Assembly (NCBI GenBank): GCA_951406725.2 | Contig: OX597830.1 | Coordinates: forward strand, 52,576,001-52,640,000 | Direction: 5' to 3' | DNA from: Octopus vulgaris | Taxonomy: Eukaryota | DNA length: 64,000 nt | In this document: in pieces, positions 1-11,905 of the stretch | Position numbering within the stretch: the first letter of the stretch is position 1 | Layout: each line of letters opens with the position of its first letter | Made by a program: the position numbers and the translations under genes | The notes under the pieces: model-generated | Seen by the model: the letters and a program-made list of their open reading frames with translations, nothing else | Databases searched by the model: none | Told to the model about the DNA's origin: nothing

Positions 1-296
1 TGATCCAATCAACAGAACAGCCAGAACAACCTGCTCATGAAATTAATATGCAAGCAGATGTGCACTCTACAGCATGCTTACCCTTAACAAAGTTCTCAAG
101 GAAATTCAGTGTGACGCAAGATGTGACAAAGCTGGCCCTTTGAAATACTGGTACTTCTCATTTTTGCCAGCTGAGTAAACTGGAGCAATGTGAAATAAAA
201 TGTTTTGCTTAAGGACACGGTGCATTGCTGAGAATTGCACTCACAAACTTACAATTGTGAGCCAAAGACCCTTACCACTAAACCATATGCCTTCAC
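1..296 (-). mobile_element. tRNA-derived CORE-like SINE (family D head), running off the window edge
   Basis: Reverse complement starts gtgaaggcatatggtttagtggtaagg (A-box-like), then gtgtccttaagcaaaacattttatttcacattgctccagtttactcagctg, the same central block seen in the copies at 24834 and 40347. Confidence 0.75.
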
Positions 297-319
297 GCAC
301 GCACACACACACATATTAG

Positions 320-620
320 AGAAGATATTTGCAAAGTTCGAGTGGCATTCATTATCTTGGCTGGTGGTTTCAATAATGATGTTGAGCAGTATTATGATGG
401 CTTTTCTGGAGTACATGGTAGCTATGGACACAGCTCTAGGAATGAGGTGGAATTAAGGCTTCTTGAGTTCTGCAATACAAATGAACTAACCCTCTGTAAC
501 ACAAACTTCAGCAAATCGACTTGCTACTTGATCACCTTCCATTCAAACAAGCCAGGCAGATTTTATACTCATTAAGAAATATGGTAGATAGATGGTTGTA
601 AATATTAAGTAGAAGGTACA
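320..620 (+). pseudogene. Decayed RTE-clade LINE AP-endonuclease fragment
   Basis: ORF 342..575 reads IILAGGFNNDV..GFSGVHGSYG..RNEVELRLLEFCNTNELTLCNTNFSK..YLITF, matching the RTE endonuclease pattern GDFN..G.HG..G..RN..G..LLEF.....L...NT.F.K...LIT. Confidence 0.8.
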
Positions 621-650
621 AGGGGCATATATATATATATATGTATATAT

Positions 651-864
651 TCTTTTACTCTTTTACTTGTTTCAGTCATTTGACTGTGGCCATGCTGGAG
701 CACCGCCTTTTAGTCGAGCAGATCGACCCTAGGATTTATTCTTTGTAAGCCTAGTACTTATTCTATTGGTCTCTTATGCCGAACTGCTAAGTTACGGGGA
801 CATAAACACACCAGCATCGGTTGTCAAGCGATGTTGTGGGGACAAACACAGACATACAAACATG

Positions 865-900
<36 letters not shown>

Positions 901-1058
901 CAACGAGCTTCTTTCAGCTTCCATCTACCAAATTCACTCACAAGGCTTTGGTCGGCCCAAGGCTATAGTAGAAGACACTTGCCCAAGGTGCCACGCAGTG
1001 GGACTGAACCCAGAACCATGTGGTTCGTAAACGAGTTACTTACCACACAGCCATGCCT
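651..1058 (-). mobile_element. SINE family A, full length (tRNA-like head, internal TA/CA microsatellite, agtaaaag tail)
   Basis: Reverse complement of the copies at 13074 and 29095, including gggttcagtccc (B-box-like), ccttgggcaagtgtcttc and the gactgaaacaagtaaaag tail. Confidence 0.9.
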
Positions 1059-1082
1059 ATATATATATATATATATATATGT

Positions 1083-1211
<129 letters not shown>

Positions 1212-1981
1212 AGCAGGTAAAAAATATTTACCTGCTAATTAAGAGCTCATATTAAATACTTGTAGGGACACCATATTTTGTTATACAACCATAATATACT
1301 ACAAAGTATATTAAATGATTTACTAGTCAATATTGTTAGCGATGCTATTAAATCACTTTTTAAGGTTATGTCTACAGATTTTCTATAGAAATTCTAGCCA
1401 GCTTGGATTTGTTATGATGCTTCATATCTAAATACACCTAATGTAAACAATGCAAGTGAGGATGAAAAAATAGGTAATTGGTTTATATGAGCTCAGTTAA
1501 TAATAGGTTGTGAAGCTCCAACATCATCATCATTTCATATTTGACTTCCATGCTGGCATGAGTTGGACAATTAGACTGGCCCCAACAGGTTGGTAACTGC
1601 CATCTTGCTCCAATGTTTGAGGCTCTTCCTAATGCCAAACACTTTGCAAAGTGCACTGGATGCATTTTTCATGGAACCAGTTATGGTGAAGTCACCTTGT
1701 AACTTTTAAGACTAAAGTGCAGCCAGATTAGAAAAGGGGAATAAGAGAGAAGGTGGTGACTTCAGGCAATGCATTTAGAAGTTAAAATATGAGAGTAGGA
1801 GCAGGTTTATTGTTGTAAGAGGGTGTCGGTGGAGAGAGTAACAGAAAGGAAAGGTAATTTGGATCTCCAACTTAACATGGAGGCTGTGTTAGAATACAGA
1901 ATACTGTGTTATTTACCTTGAGAGAATCTCTCGTAAGGACTTGTGGTGCATAAGAAGCACTCAAAATTAAATTGTTGACTG

Positions 1982-2200
1982 AGGCGCAGGAGTGACTGCA
2001 TGGTAAGTGGCTTGCTTACCAACCACAGGGTTCTGGGTTCAGTCCCACTGCATGGCACCTTGGGCAAGTATCTTCTACTATAGCCTCAGGCTGACCAAAG
2101 CCTTGGGAGTGGATTTGGTAGACAGAAACTGAAAGATTTGATTTGTTCAACTAAAGGTGGTGCTCCAGCATGGCCACAGTCAAATGATTGAAACAAATAA
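1982..2200 (+). mobile_element. SINE family A, internally deleted copy
   Basis: Head to gaaactgaaaga is joined directly to the gatttgttcaactaaagg tail; the middle part and microsatellite are missing. Confidence 0.85.
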
Positions 2201-3469
2201 ATGAATATATTTCACCTGTTTCATTTCCAGAATGCAATTCTCCCTCTTCATTATTCATATTCACTCCCACTAGCTCCATTCCTATTTGACCTGAGTTCTC
2301 TACAAGAACACACCATTTTCTATATCTCTCTATTATATTTGTCCCTTCCAAGACAATCACTCAAACACCTAGTTTTGTATTTTCTCATTTTCCCAGAGTT
2401 GCTATTGGGTCAATAATCTTGTGTTTTTGTTTTATTTATTTTGGTTTAAAAAAAACAATTTTTAAAAAGATTTTCTGCCCCAGTCACTGTACCACTCCCT
2501 AGGAACCTTTTCTGATGTTTGTTGATGCCACTGTTCTTAGCAGTACTATCTAAAGATGTTGAAATCACAGCAATCCCTTACAGCCAGCTGATGAAGAAAA
2601 ATCTTCCATTTGTTTTGTTTAAGTTATCCATTTTTGTCATTTATGCCTGATGTCTTTTATTCGCAGACACACACATGCACATATATATACATACACGTTT
2701 ACACACACTAACACATACATGTATCTGAGCATATGTGTATATATGTATGTCCACATACACACACCCATACATACATACATACATACTACTCTATCCCTCT
2801 CTTTGTTACTTTCTCATTTAGCACTCACCCACTCTCCTGTTAGCTTACTTCCAAACTATTGTACGATGCCCCTCCAACCACACCACCTATGTCATGAGGG
2901 ATAGCATTGGAGTTATCCAGGAAGTCCCAAATTACTAATGTCCATCACTCTTTGTCTTACCATTGTCCATCTTTATTCCTATTCATCACTTTCTCTTATT
3001 TCCATTACTTCATCTTGTCCCCTTCTGCCTTTCTCTCTTCAATTCCCCATCTACCTACCAACCTACCAACAACTAACATACAGCTAGCTATCTTTCTTTA
3101 TCTCTCTCTCTCTTCCATTACTCTTTCACCTATCACCCTCTCATTCCTATCCCCCAAGTTTCCTCCCGTCAATTTCCCTCTTTATACCCTCTCAGTGAAC
3201 AGAAGCAATATAAAGTAAAACAGAGTGCATGGCAAGTCTCGGCCAGGCTATTCTGTGAAGCGATTGGCTTAAGAAGGGCATCGAGCCAAAGAGGAGTATG
3301 ACACATATGGGACATACAAGCGGAATGTGGTCGCTGAACTGTCCAGGAGGAAGTAACTCCAAATAAGAACCGCTTCAGTCTGTGATGACCTGTCCAACCT
3401 TTGCCAGAATGAAAATGGTGATGTAAACTATTCACGACGACGATGATGATGATGATGATGTATGAATAT

Positions 3470-3569
3470 ACGTAAACACACACACACATGTATATACATA
3501 TACATATGAAATATACATGTGCATGTTACTGCGTGTGTGTGTGTAAAATATATGCATACATTATCTATG

Positions 3570-3604
<35 letters not shown>

Positions 3605-3607
3605 ATA

Positions 3608-3639
<32 letters not shown>

Positions 3640-3795
3640 AACATATGCATGTGCACAAATATATATGTATACATACATATATATATATAGATAGACGGAC
3701 AGATATATATATATATATATATATTTACACACATACATATATATCATCATCATCATCATCATCGTTTAACGTCCGCTTTCCATGCTAGCATGGGT

Positions 3796-3872
<77 letters not shown>

Positions 3873-4090
3873 ACACATTTACATTATATATATATATAGA
3901 CGCATACACATTTACATAATATATATATATATATATACGATATATGTACTATATCTACATGTGTATATACACATATACATATTTATAAATAAATAACACA
4001 TATACATACACATATAATTAATAATTATATATATTTATATTTATATATATATATATATTTGTGTGTGTGTATGTGTGTGTGTGTGTCTTT
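3470..4090. repeat. Compound TA/CA/GA microsatellite block containing an ultra-short RTE 3' tail at 3743-3798
   Basis: Simple repeats; (cat)n-gtttaacgtccgctttccatgctagcatgggttg matches the 3' end of the LINE at 9381. Confidence 0.9.
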
Positions 4091-4892
4091 ATATTAGTAA
4101 AACAGTAGTGTTAGTGTTTATGATTGGTTCGGACACTGGCTTCTGTGATCTGGCATTCATCCCAGATATATTTTGGCAAAGCAGTCTCTTACAGTTTGAT
4201 AGAGAAGCTGGCGTTAAACGGACAATTGACCAGAAGTAAGATTATTATGTATAGCATCTGCAAAGTATGGTCACTGTAGAGAGGGACTTGTTTACCATGT
4301 GGGACCGACTTCTGGAGGTAATCAGGTGTGTAGATTTACATGCATGTGTGTGTGCGTGTTTGTATATTTATAAACATACATACATGTATGTGGTTTGTGT
4401 GTATGTAAACACACATATACATACATGCATACATACATACATACATATATATATACATTCATATGCATTTGTATATGTATGTATGTGCATACGTATATGC
4501 ATATATATGTTTGTAAGCGTCTGTGTGCGTGCGTGCATGTGTGTCGGATTGTCTGTTTCATTGCAACGGACTGTATATTTATGTGTATATGTGTGTATAT
4601 AACTATATTTATCGGTCTGCATGTATGTACATATGCATACAGAAGAATGTATGTATAAAATTTGTGGTCATACATATGTATGTTGTTTATTATCATCTTA
4701 TATTTAAAAACTTAAAGCTCCAAATTATATATATACCCTCTTCCCTTACACACACACACTATACACACACACACACTCACACATATATATACTGTAGGAC
4801 AGATGTACTATTATTAAGTATTACATATTTGCATTTGTGAAATATTCCTCTATTTTGTAACATCTTCCTTCTATCACTCTTTATTTTTCTTT

Positions 4893-4929
<37 letters not shown>

Positions 4930-5446
4930 ATAAATACATCTTTATTATTTCTTTCTCTCCCCCTTATTGTATCCTTTCTCTGCCACCATCCTTTTATAAT
5001 ATAATATGACCTCATCTTTCATTCTCTCTCTCTCTCTCTCTTTTTCTCTCTTTTTATCTATCTCTCTGTCTATCTATCTATCCATTTATTTATCTCTGTC
5101 TATCTCCTCATCTTCTCTTATGCAATCTTTTCGTTTCTCTTTCTATGATTACTTTAGTATCTCTTTCCTTCTGTCTTTCTCTCTCCGACTCTCCTGTTTT
5201 TCTTATACAATCAGCTGACTTTCTATTTTGAATTTTAACCTCTCTCTTTCACATTCTCTCTTTCTCTCTCTCTCTCTATATATATATATATGTGTGTGTA
5301 TGTATGTATGTATGTATGTATGTATGTATGTATGAACTAACTAAATGAATATGCCCATCCAATTTTCTTATAAAGGGTACTTTTGGCTGGAAGCAGATAC
5401 TTTGAGTCTATATAGTTGGGTATATATGCGGCTGTGTGAGATATAC

Positions 5447-5498
<52 letters not shown>

Positions 5499-5522
5499 CA
5501 CTCACGCACACACGTATTTACT

Positions 5523-5685
5523 GGCACAGGCATAGCTGTGTAGTAAGAAGTTTACTTCCTAACCACATGGTTTCAGGTTCAGTCCCACCTGTGTGACACC
5601 TTGGACAAGTGTCTTCTACTATAGACCTGGGCCAACCAAAGCCTTGTGAATGAATTTGGTAAATGGAAACTTAAAGAAGCTTGTC
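5523..5685 (+). mobile_element. SINE family A, 5' half
   Basis: Head through aagaagcttgtc, followed by an expanded TG/TA repeat. Confidence 0.8.
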
Positions 5686-6355
5686 ATTAATGTATGTATG
5701 TATGTATGTATGTTTGTGTATATGTATGTATGTATGTGTGTGTGTTTGTGTGTATATGTATTTGTCTGTGTGTTTATGTGTGTGTACATCTGTGTATGTG
5801 TGTGCATCTGTGTATGTGTGTGTACATGTGTGCATCTGTGTGTGTGTGTGTGTGTGTGTGTACATGTGTGCATCTGTGTGTGTGTATGTGTGTGAGATAG
5901 TCGTAAACGGATGTCACCATCATTGAAGCAGTGTCCTTCATTTCCAGTCTTCCACGAAAACATGTCTGGTGATGGGAAGTATAACCATTACTTTGAAACA
6001 GGTTTGGCTTAGCAACAGGAACGGCATCTCAACAAATTCCATCTGATCCATGCAAGCATGGAAACGTGGATGATGAATGGTGATATATATAGTTTGATAT
6101 ATAGTTTGATAAGTGCAGTGCATGAAAGTCTCAGCCCATGTAAAAAATATGTACTCTTTGGTATTGAGTTCTAGTCCCCAAACATGCATGTGTGCATGTG
6201 AGTGTGTGTGTGTGTGCGTGCATGCAGCTTTTACCTTTTTCCATTCATGAAGGTTTTTTTTAACCTGACATATATTTTTATTTATAGCTTTATCTACTTT
6301 GTTTTTTACTGTTACAAATAATTTGTGTGTGTGTGTGTGTCTATCTATCTATCTA

Positions 6356-6388
<33 letters not shown>

Positions 6389-6602
6389 GCCACAGTAAGC
6401 ATATAAATGTGAAACAAGATGGAAAAAATAGTACTCAAATACTGGAGGTAGAGTAATATGTTTGATTAATAAAGCTGCAAAGACATTGCAAAAACTATTA
6501 CTCAGATTTTCACGACAAACACGAACATGAAACTCTGAGTAACAGTTTTTGTGATGCCTTTGCAACTTTATTAATATATATATATATATAAGTTGCCTTA
6601 CA

Positions 6603-6645
6603 GCTGTACAATTGTTTCACTAAGTTCTTGTATTTCTTCAGAGGC
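6603..6645 (-). ncRNA. Minimal type I hammerhead ribozyme-like motif
   Basis: Reverse complement: gcct-CTGAAGA-aatacaagaacttagt-GAAAC-aatt-GTA-cagc. Stem III is palindromic (ACAATTGT); stems I and II are imperfect. Confidence 0.5.
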
Positions 6646-7019
6646 TAAACTCATGTGTATATGTAAGCATGTGTGTAGCAATAATGCTGCTCAGAGCAGC
6701 TAGAGAGAGTCATCTTGCCATCTTGTAGGAAGGTTCTGAAATCCTCATGATTTCTAGCTGGCAGTTAAAGTGAATGTCTTGCAAGTTGCAAGATAAATTA
6801 TATCACCCCATTTGACTGTATAATTTTACATATATTTTTTCCATGCTAGCATGGATTAGATGCATATACCAAAGGGCTTTGTTTTGCAGATGGATGCTTT
6901 CCTATCACTAACCTTTACCTGTTTTTCAAGTAAGAAAGTCTCTTATTTTTTGCATCTTTCAAAGTGCAACGCCAGCAAAGGATGTGTTGACAAAGGAAGT
7001 GACTACAGTGTCACTACTC

Positions 7020-7107
7020 AGCAATTTTCAAAGAAGTGCAAGTCTAAACAATCGCACACATGTATAAACACATGCACACACACACACACATGTACAAATA
7101 CATGCAT

Positions 7108-7150
<43 letters not shown>

Positions 7151-7375
7151 AACACATGCACATACACATATGTACAAATACATGCATGCACGCACACACA
7201 CACAAACACATGCACATACACACATGTACAAATACATGCATGCATGCACACACACATACACACATACTCACACACATGCACACACAGACATGTACAAATA
7301 CATGCATGCACACACACACACACACAAACACATGCGCACATAGACATGTACAAATATATGCATGCACACACAAAA
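7020..7375. repeat. Complex CA-rich minisatellite with a recurring catgtacaaatacatgcatgca unit
   Basis: The unit recurs about five times between (CA)n tracts. Confidence 0.9.
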
Positions 7376-7956
7376 CACTATAAACTGCTTTGATCCCTAA
7401 TGAACTTAGATAAACTGACCAACCCCTTCACTGGGTCTGCCTACTCAACCCATCCCATCACCATTACCACTTTGTCCCTCCTCCTATTCACATTAATACC
7501 TGACATTACTCTTCCCCTTCCAAGATTGTTCTGTCTATTATCCTCTCCATTACCATTTTCTTACAATAAATCTGTTTCATACATCATGGGGCTCTCTTTC
7601 AATTTTCAAGCTGCAAAGTAACCCTAACAATGCTGACACTTCGAAAAGCACCCATTACACTCCATTAAGCAATTGGTAATCAATACAAGCAGTTACAATG
7701 CAGAGCTTGAGAGGTCTCTTTAATCTTACTGATGGCAAGGCAACCTATATAGTGCAGGTGCCATGATAGAATATGTCCAGTACACTTTGTAAAGTGGTTG
7801 GTTTTAGGAAGGAGCATCCACTCAGAGAAACCATAAAAAAATGAAATGTTGAAGCAAGATATAATCCTCCAACCTATTGAATCCTGTTGAACTGTCCTAC
7901 CTATGCCAGCTTGGAAAGACGGAGATAAAATTAAGATTTTATATATATTGTATGAC

Positions 7957-8267
7957 GTGGAGGCGCAATGGCCCAGTGGTTAGGGCAGCGGACTCGCGGT
8001 CATAGGGTCGCGGTTTCGATTCCCAGACCAGGCGTTGTGAGTGTTTATTGAGCGAAAACACCTAAATCTCCACGAGGCTCCAGCAGGGGGTGGTGGTGAT
8101 CCCTGCTGTACTCTTCCACCACAACTTTCTCTCACTCTTTCTTCTGTTGGCCTGCTTGCTTAGCCAGCGGGGTGGTGTCATTTGAAGTCTAAAACAATGC
8201 GAAGCGCACTGTAACCAGTGATGTGTAGCAACATCTGATAGCCTGGTCGGTCGCGGTGATCACGGTG
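7957..8267 (+). mobile_element. tRNA-derived SINE family C, full length with target-site duplication
   Basis: A box tggcccagtgg and B box ggtttcgattcc; 14-bp TSD atatattgtatgac at 7943-7956 and 8268-8281. Confidence 0.92.
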
Positions 8268-8677
8268 ATATATTGTATGACACAAATAAGATGATATTTT
8301 TTTTTAATACAGAGTTGATATTGAACAGCGGAAATACTGGGTAAATTACACTTACAGGATGAAAAATTTGTCAACAACCACCCAGGGGTGGCAACTTTGT
8401 CCGAAAAAATATTATTTTCTTATTTGTATCATACAATACACACTTTGACACTTCCAATAACATTTTATGTTTACATTTATACACACAGTTGAGATCCGCC
8501 AAAATTGCAAAGATAATCTGGAACTTGACTGAGGAAAGAAAACTCCGAATGACTCGTCCTTGTTTTCTTTGTATCGTCTATCTGAATGTTTTGTTGTCCC
8601 TTTTTTGTATCACCTAACTGTCTGGATGTTTTGCATTCTTGTCCCATTTTGTATTTTTTATATATAAAATATATATT

Positions 8678-9172
8678 TATTGATAGAAATGGCAAGACAA
8701 CAAAAGAATGAAGGAGACCTCAATATTACGTAAATAGAGGAATTTATCTGTAAATATGATATGTGACAATTATTCGGTAGCCATGATAAAACTCTGAGTT
8801 TCGTATGTCAGGGCAGAAACCCACGCCAGCATCTCTTCAGTTACTGGGCCATCGAAAAAATGCTATGAAAATGACCATTAAAACAAAGGGAAATTACTGT
8901 GTGATTGACCATTATTAAGACAAATGAGCTATTAGAATGATCACTAAGTAAGGGGAGGGATCCTTACTTAGCAGTCATTCTAATAGCTCTTTTGTCTTAA
9001 TAACGGTCAATCACACAGTAATTTCCCTTTGTTTTAACGGTCATTTTCATAGCATTTTTTCGATGTCCAGATAACTGAAGAGATGCTGGCATGGGTTTCC
9101 ACCCCGACATCCAAAACTTGGAGTTTTATCATGGCTACCAAATAATTGTCACACATTATATTTACAGATAAA
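8678..9172. mobile_element. Penelope-like terminal repeat in fold-back (inverted) arrangement
   Basis: Arms 8743-8953 and 8962-9172 are inverted copies; part of the sequence recurs at 26632-26755; each arm has a CTGAAGA..GAAAC hammerhead-like core. Assignment to Penelope is inference. Confidence 0.6.
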
Positions 9173-9205
<33 letters not shown>

Positions 9206-9251
9206 TGAATATATATATTAATCAAAATAAAAACATGATGCCAAGGATTCA

Positions 9252-9329
9252 GTGGTACATATGTTTCGGGCCTTTATTAGATGGATTTATAACAATGCAT
9301 AATGTGTGTCTATGGCCTTCTTCAGCCGC
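9252..9329 (-). ncRNA. Minimal type I hammerhead ribozyme motif with an extended stem II loop
   Basis: Reverse complement: gcgg-CTGAAGA-aggcc..ggccc-GAAAC-atat-GTA-ccac. Palindromic stem III ACATATGT; stem I gcgg/ccac. Confidence 0.75.
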
Positions 9330-9380
9330 GCACAATTACTACTTCAATGAATATATATACATATATATATATATATATAT

Positions 9381-11905
9381 CATCATCATCATCATCATCA
9401 TCATCATCGTTTAACGTCCGCTTTCCGCGCTAGCACGGGTTGGACGGTTCGACCGGGTCTGGGAAGCCAGGGGCCGCTCCAGGCTCCAGTCTGAATCTGG
9501 CAGAGTTTCTACGGCTGGATGCCCTTCCTAACGCCAACCACTCCGTGAGTGGATTGGGTGCTTTTTACATGCCACCTGCACAGGGGCCGGAGGGTCCGGC
9601 ATCGTCACGATCGGTTCGAGCATTTTAACGTGTCAGCGGCACGGGGGCAACGAGGTCCGGGGTACTTTGGGGATCGGGGTACTTTGGGGATCCAGGGTAC
9701 TTTGGGGATCCGGGGTACTTAGAATGGGTAGGGGGTATGTGGAATTGCTGCAGAAAGCAGCCCGGGTCTTTGTAGTCACAGCATATCTCCAGAGATCTCG
9801 GTCCTTCGCCATTGCCTCAGTGAGGCCCAATGCTCTGAGGTCATGCTTGACCACCTCATCCCATGTCTTCCTGGGTCTACCTCTCCCCCTGATACCTTCA
9901 ACTGTTTGGGAGTGGCACTTCTTCACACATCTCTCTTCATCCATCCGCAGCACATGACCATACCATCGCAAGCGTCGCTCTTGCACACCACATCTGATGC
10001 TTCTTATATCCAGCATTTCTCTCAGGATACTTACACTCTGTTTTGCGTGCACACTAACACTACACATCCAGCGGATCATGCTAGCTTCATTTCTTTCAAG
10101 TCTACGCATGTCTTCTGCAGTCACAGCCCATGTTTCATTACCGTGAAGCATGGCAGTTCGCACACATGCATCATACAATCTACCTTTTGCTCTGAGGGAG
10201 AGACCTTTTGTTGCCAGTAGGGGTAGGAGCTTTCTGAACTTTGCCCAGGCTATTCGTATTCTAGTGGTGATACTCTCTGTGCATCCACCTCCGCTACTAA
10301 CTTGGTCTCCCAGGTAGCGGAAACTATCAACTACTTCTAGTTTCTCTCCCTGGAGTGTGATGGAATCTGTTTTCTGAGTGTCTGTTGTGTCTATTGTCCC
10401 TGTGCATCTGCCGCACATGAAAGCTATCTTATCTGTTAATTTCCCTTTAATGTTGCTGCACCTCTTATGTGTCCATAACTTACATTGGGTGCATCTTATG
10501 GAGTTTCTACCTGTACCTTTCCTACAGGTTGAGCAGGGCCACCTACCCGAGGGGATGTGTGCTGAGTTCCTCTTGCTGCTTACTAATACTTTGGTCTTTG
10601 CTACATTTATTCTAAGGCCCTTTGATTCCAACCCTTGCTTCCACACCCGAAATTTCTCTTCTAGTTCCGGTAGTGATTCTGCTATGAGAGCTAGGTCATC
10701 GGCATAGAGGAGCTCCCAGGGGCATCCCGTTTTGAATTCCTCTGTTATTGCCTGAAGGACTATGATGAATAAAAGGGGACTGAGGGCTGAGCCCTGGTGC
10801 ACACCTACTTCTACCCGGAATTCTTCACTATATTCGTTGCCAATCCTAACCTTGCTGACAGCCTCTCTGTATAGAGCCTGTACAGCCCTTATTAGCCATT
10901 CTTCAATCTCCAGTTTCCGCATCGACCACCAGATAAGGGAACGGGGAACCCTGTCAAAGGCTTTCTCCAAGTCTACAAAAGCTATGTAGAGGGGTTTATC
11001 TTTAGCTAGGTACTTCTCCTGCAGTTGTCGGACCAGGAATATAGCATCAGTGGTGCTTCTACCTGGTACAAAACCGAACTGCATTTCATCTAAACAAATT
11101 CTCTCCCTAATGAGATTGGTTATGACCTTCTCTGAGACCTTCATCACCTGGTCCAACAGTTTGATACCTCTGTAGTTATTTCTATCTAGAGCATCACCCT
11201 TACCCTTGTAGCAGTTGACTATGGTGCTGCTGCACCAGTCATTGGGTATGACTCCATTGTGAACTACCTGGTTTACAATGCGGGTGACTATGGCATAGCC
11301 CACATAGCCAGCTGTTTTAAGCATCTCAGCAGTGATTCCTGATAGGCCAGGGGCTTTGCCTGGTTTCATATCCTTAATTGCCTTATCTACAAGGGAGCTG
11401 TCTATTCGGGTAGCTGGTCCCTCTACTGGGTCAACATTTGGCAGGCTCTCCTCCTCCCATTCATTCTCCTCATTCAGCAGTCTTTCATAATGGCTTCTCC
11501 AAGCCTCTTTCTTTTCACTAGTAGTAAAAGCAAGTGCCCCATCATCCATGCGGACACATTTCTCTCCTATAACATCGCTATTTTCTCTGACACACTGTCT
11601 GGCAATCCGAAATACTTCAGCTCTTTGATCCTCGCGACGCTGGACATTGGCAAACTTCTTCTTTTCTGCTACATCTTTGGCAATGTATACCTGCCGCCCA
11701 GCCTCCCTTTTGGCTATCTGGTACAGTTCCCTGCTGCCCCCATCCTTCCAGGCTTTCCAGGCCCGTCTCTTTTCACAGATGGCTTTATCTACTGCACTAT
11801 TCCACCACCACGTAATTCTAGGTCTGGAAGGGACTTTGCACCATCCACAGACTTGGTCTGTGGCACTCAACAAGCTGTCCCGTAGGAATTCCCAGCTACC
11901 TTCTA

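Noticed and set aside
3428-7393. Many ORFs rich in YI, HT, CV or SL dipeptides, here and throughout the window
   Set aside because: They are translations of (TA)n, (CA)n and (CT)n microsatellites, which lack stop codons.
7957-8035. Functional tRNA gene (also at 19679, 24834, 40347 and 39954)
   Set aside because: A and B boxes are present, but most continue into SINE bodies, two have TSDs, and I cannot build a complete cloverleaf.
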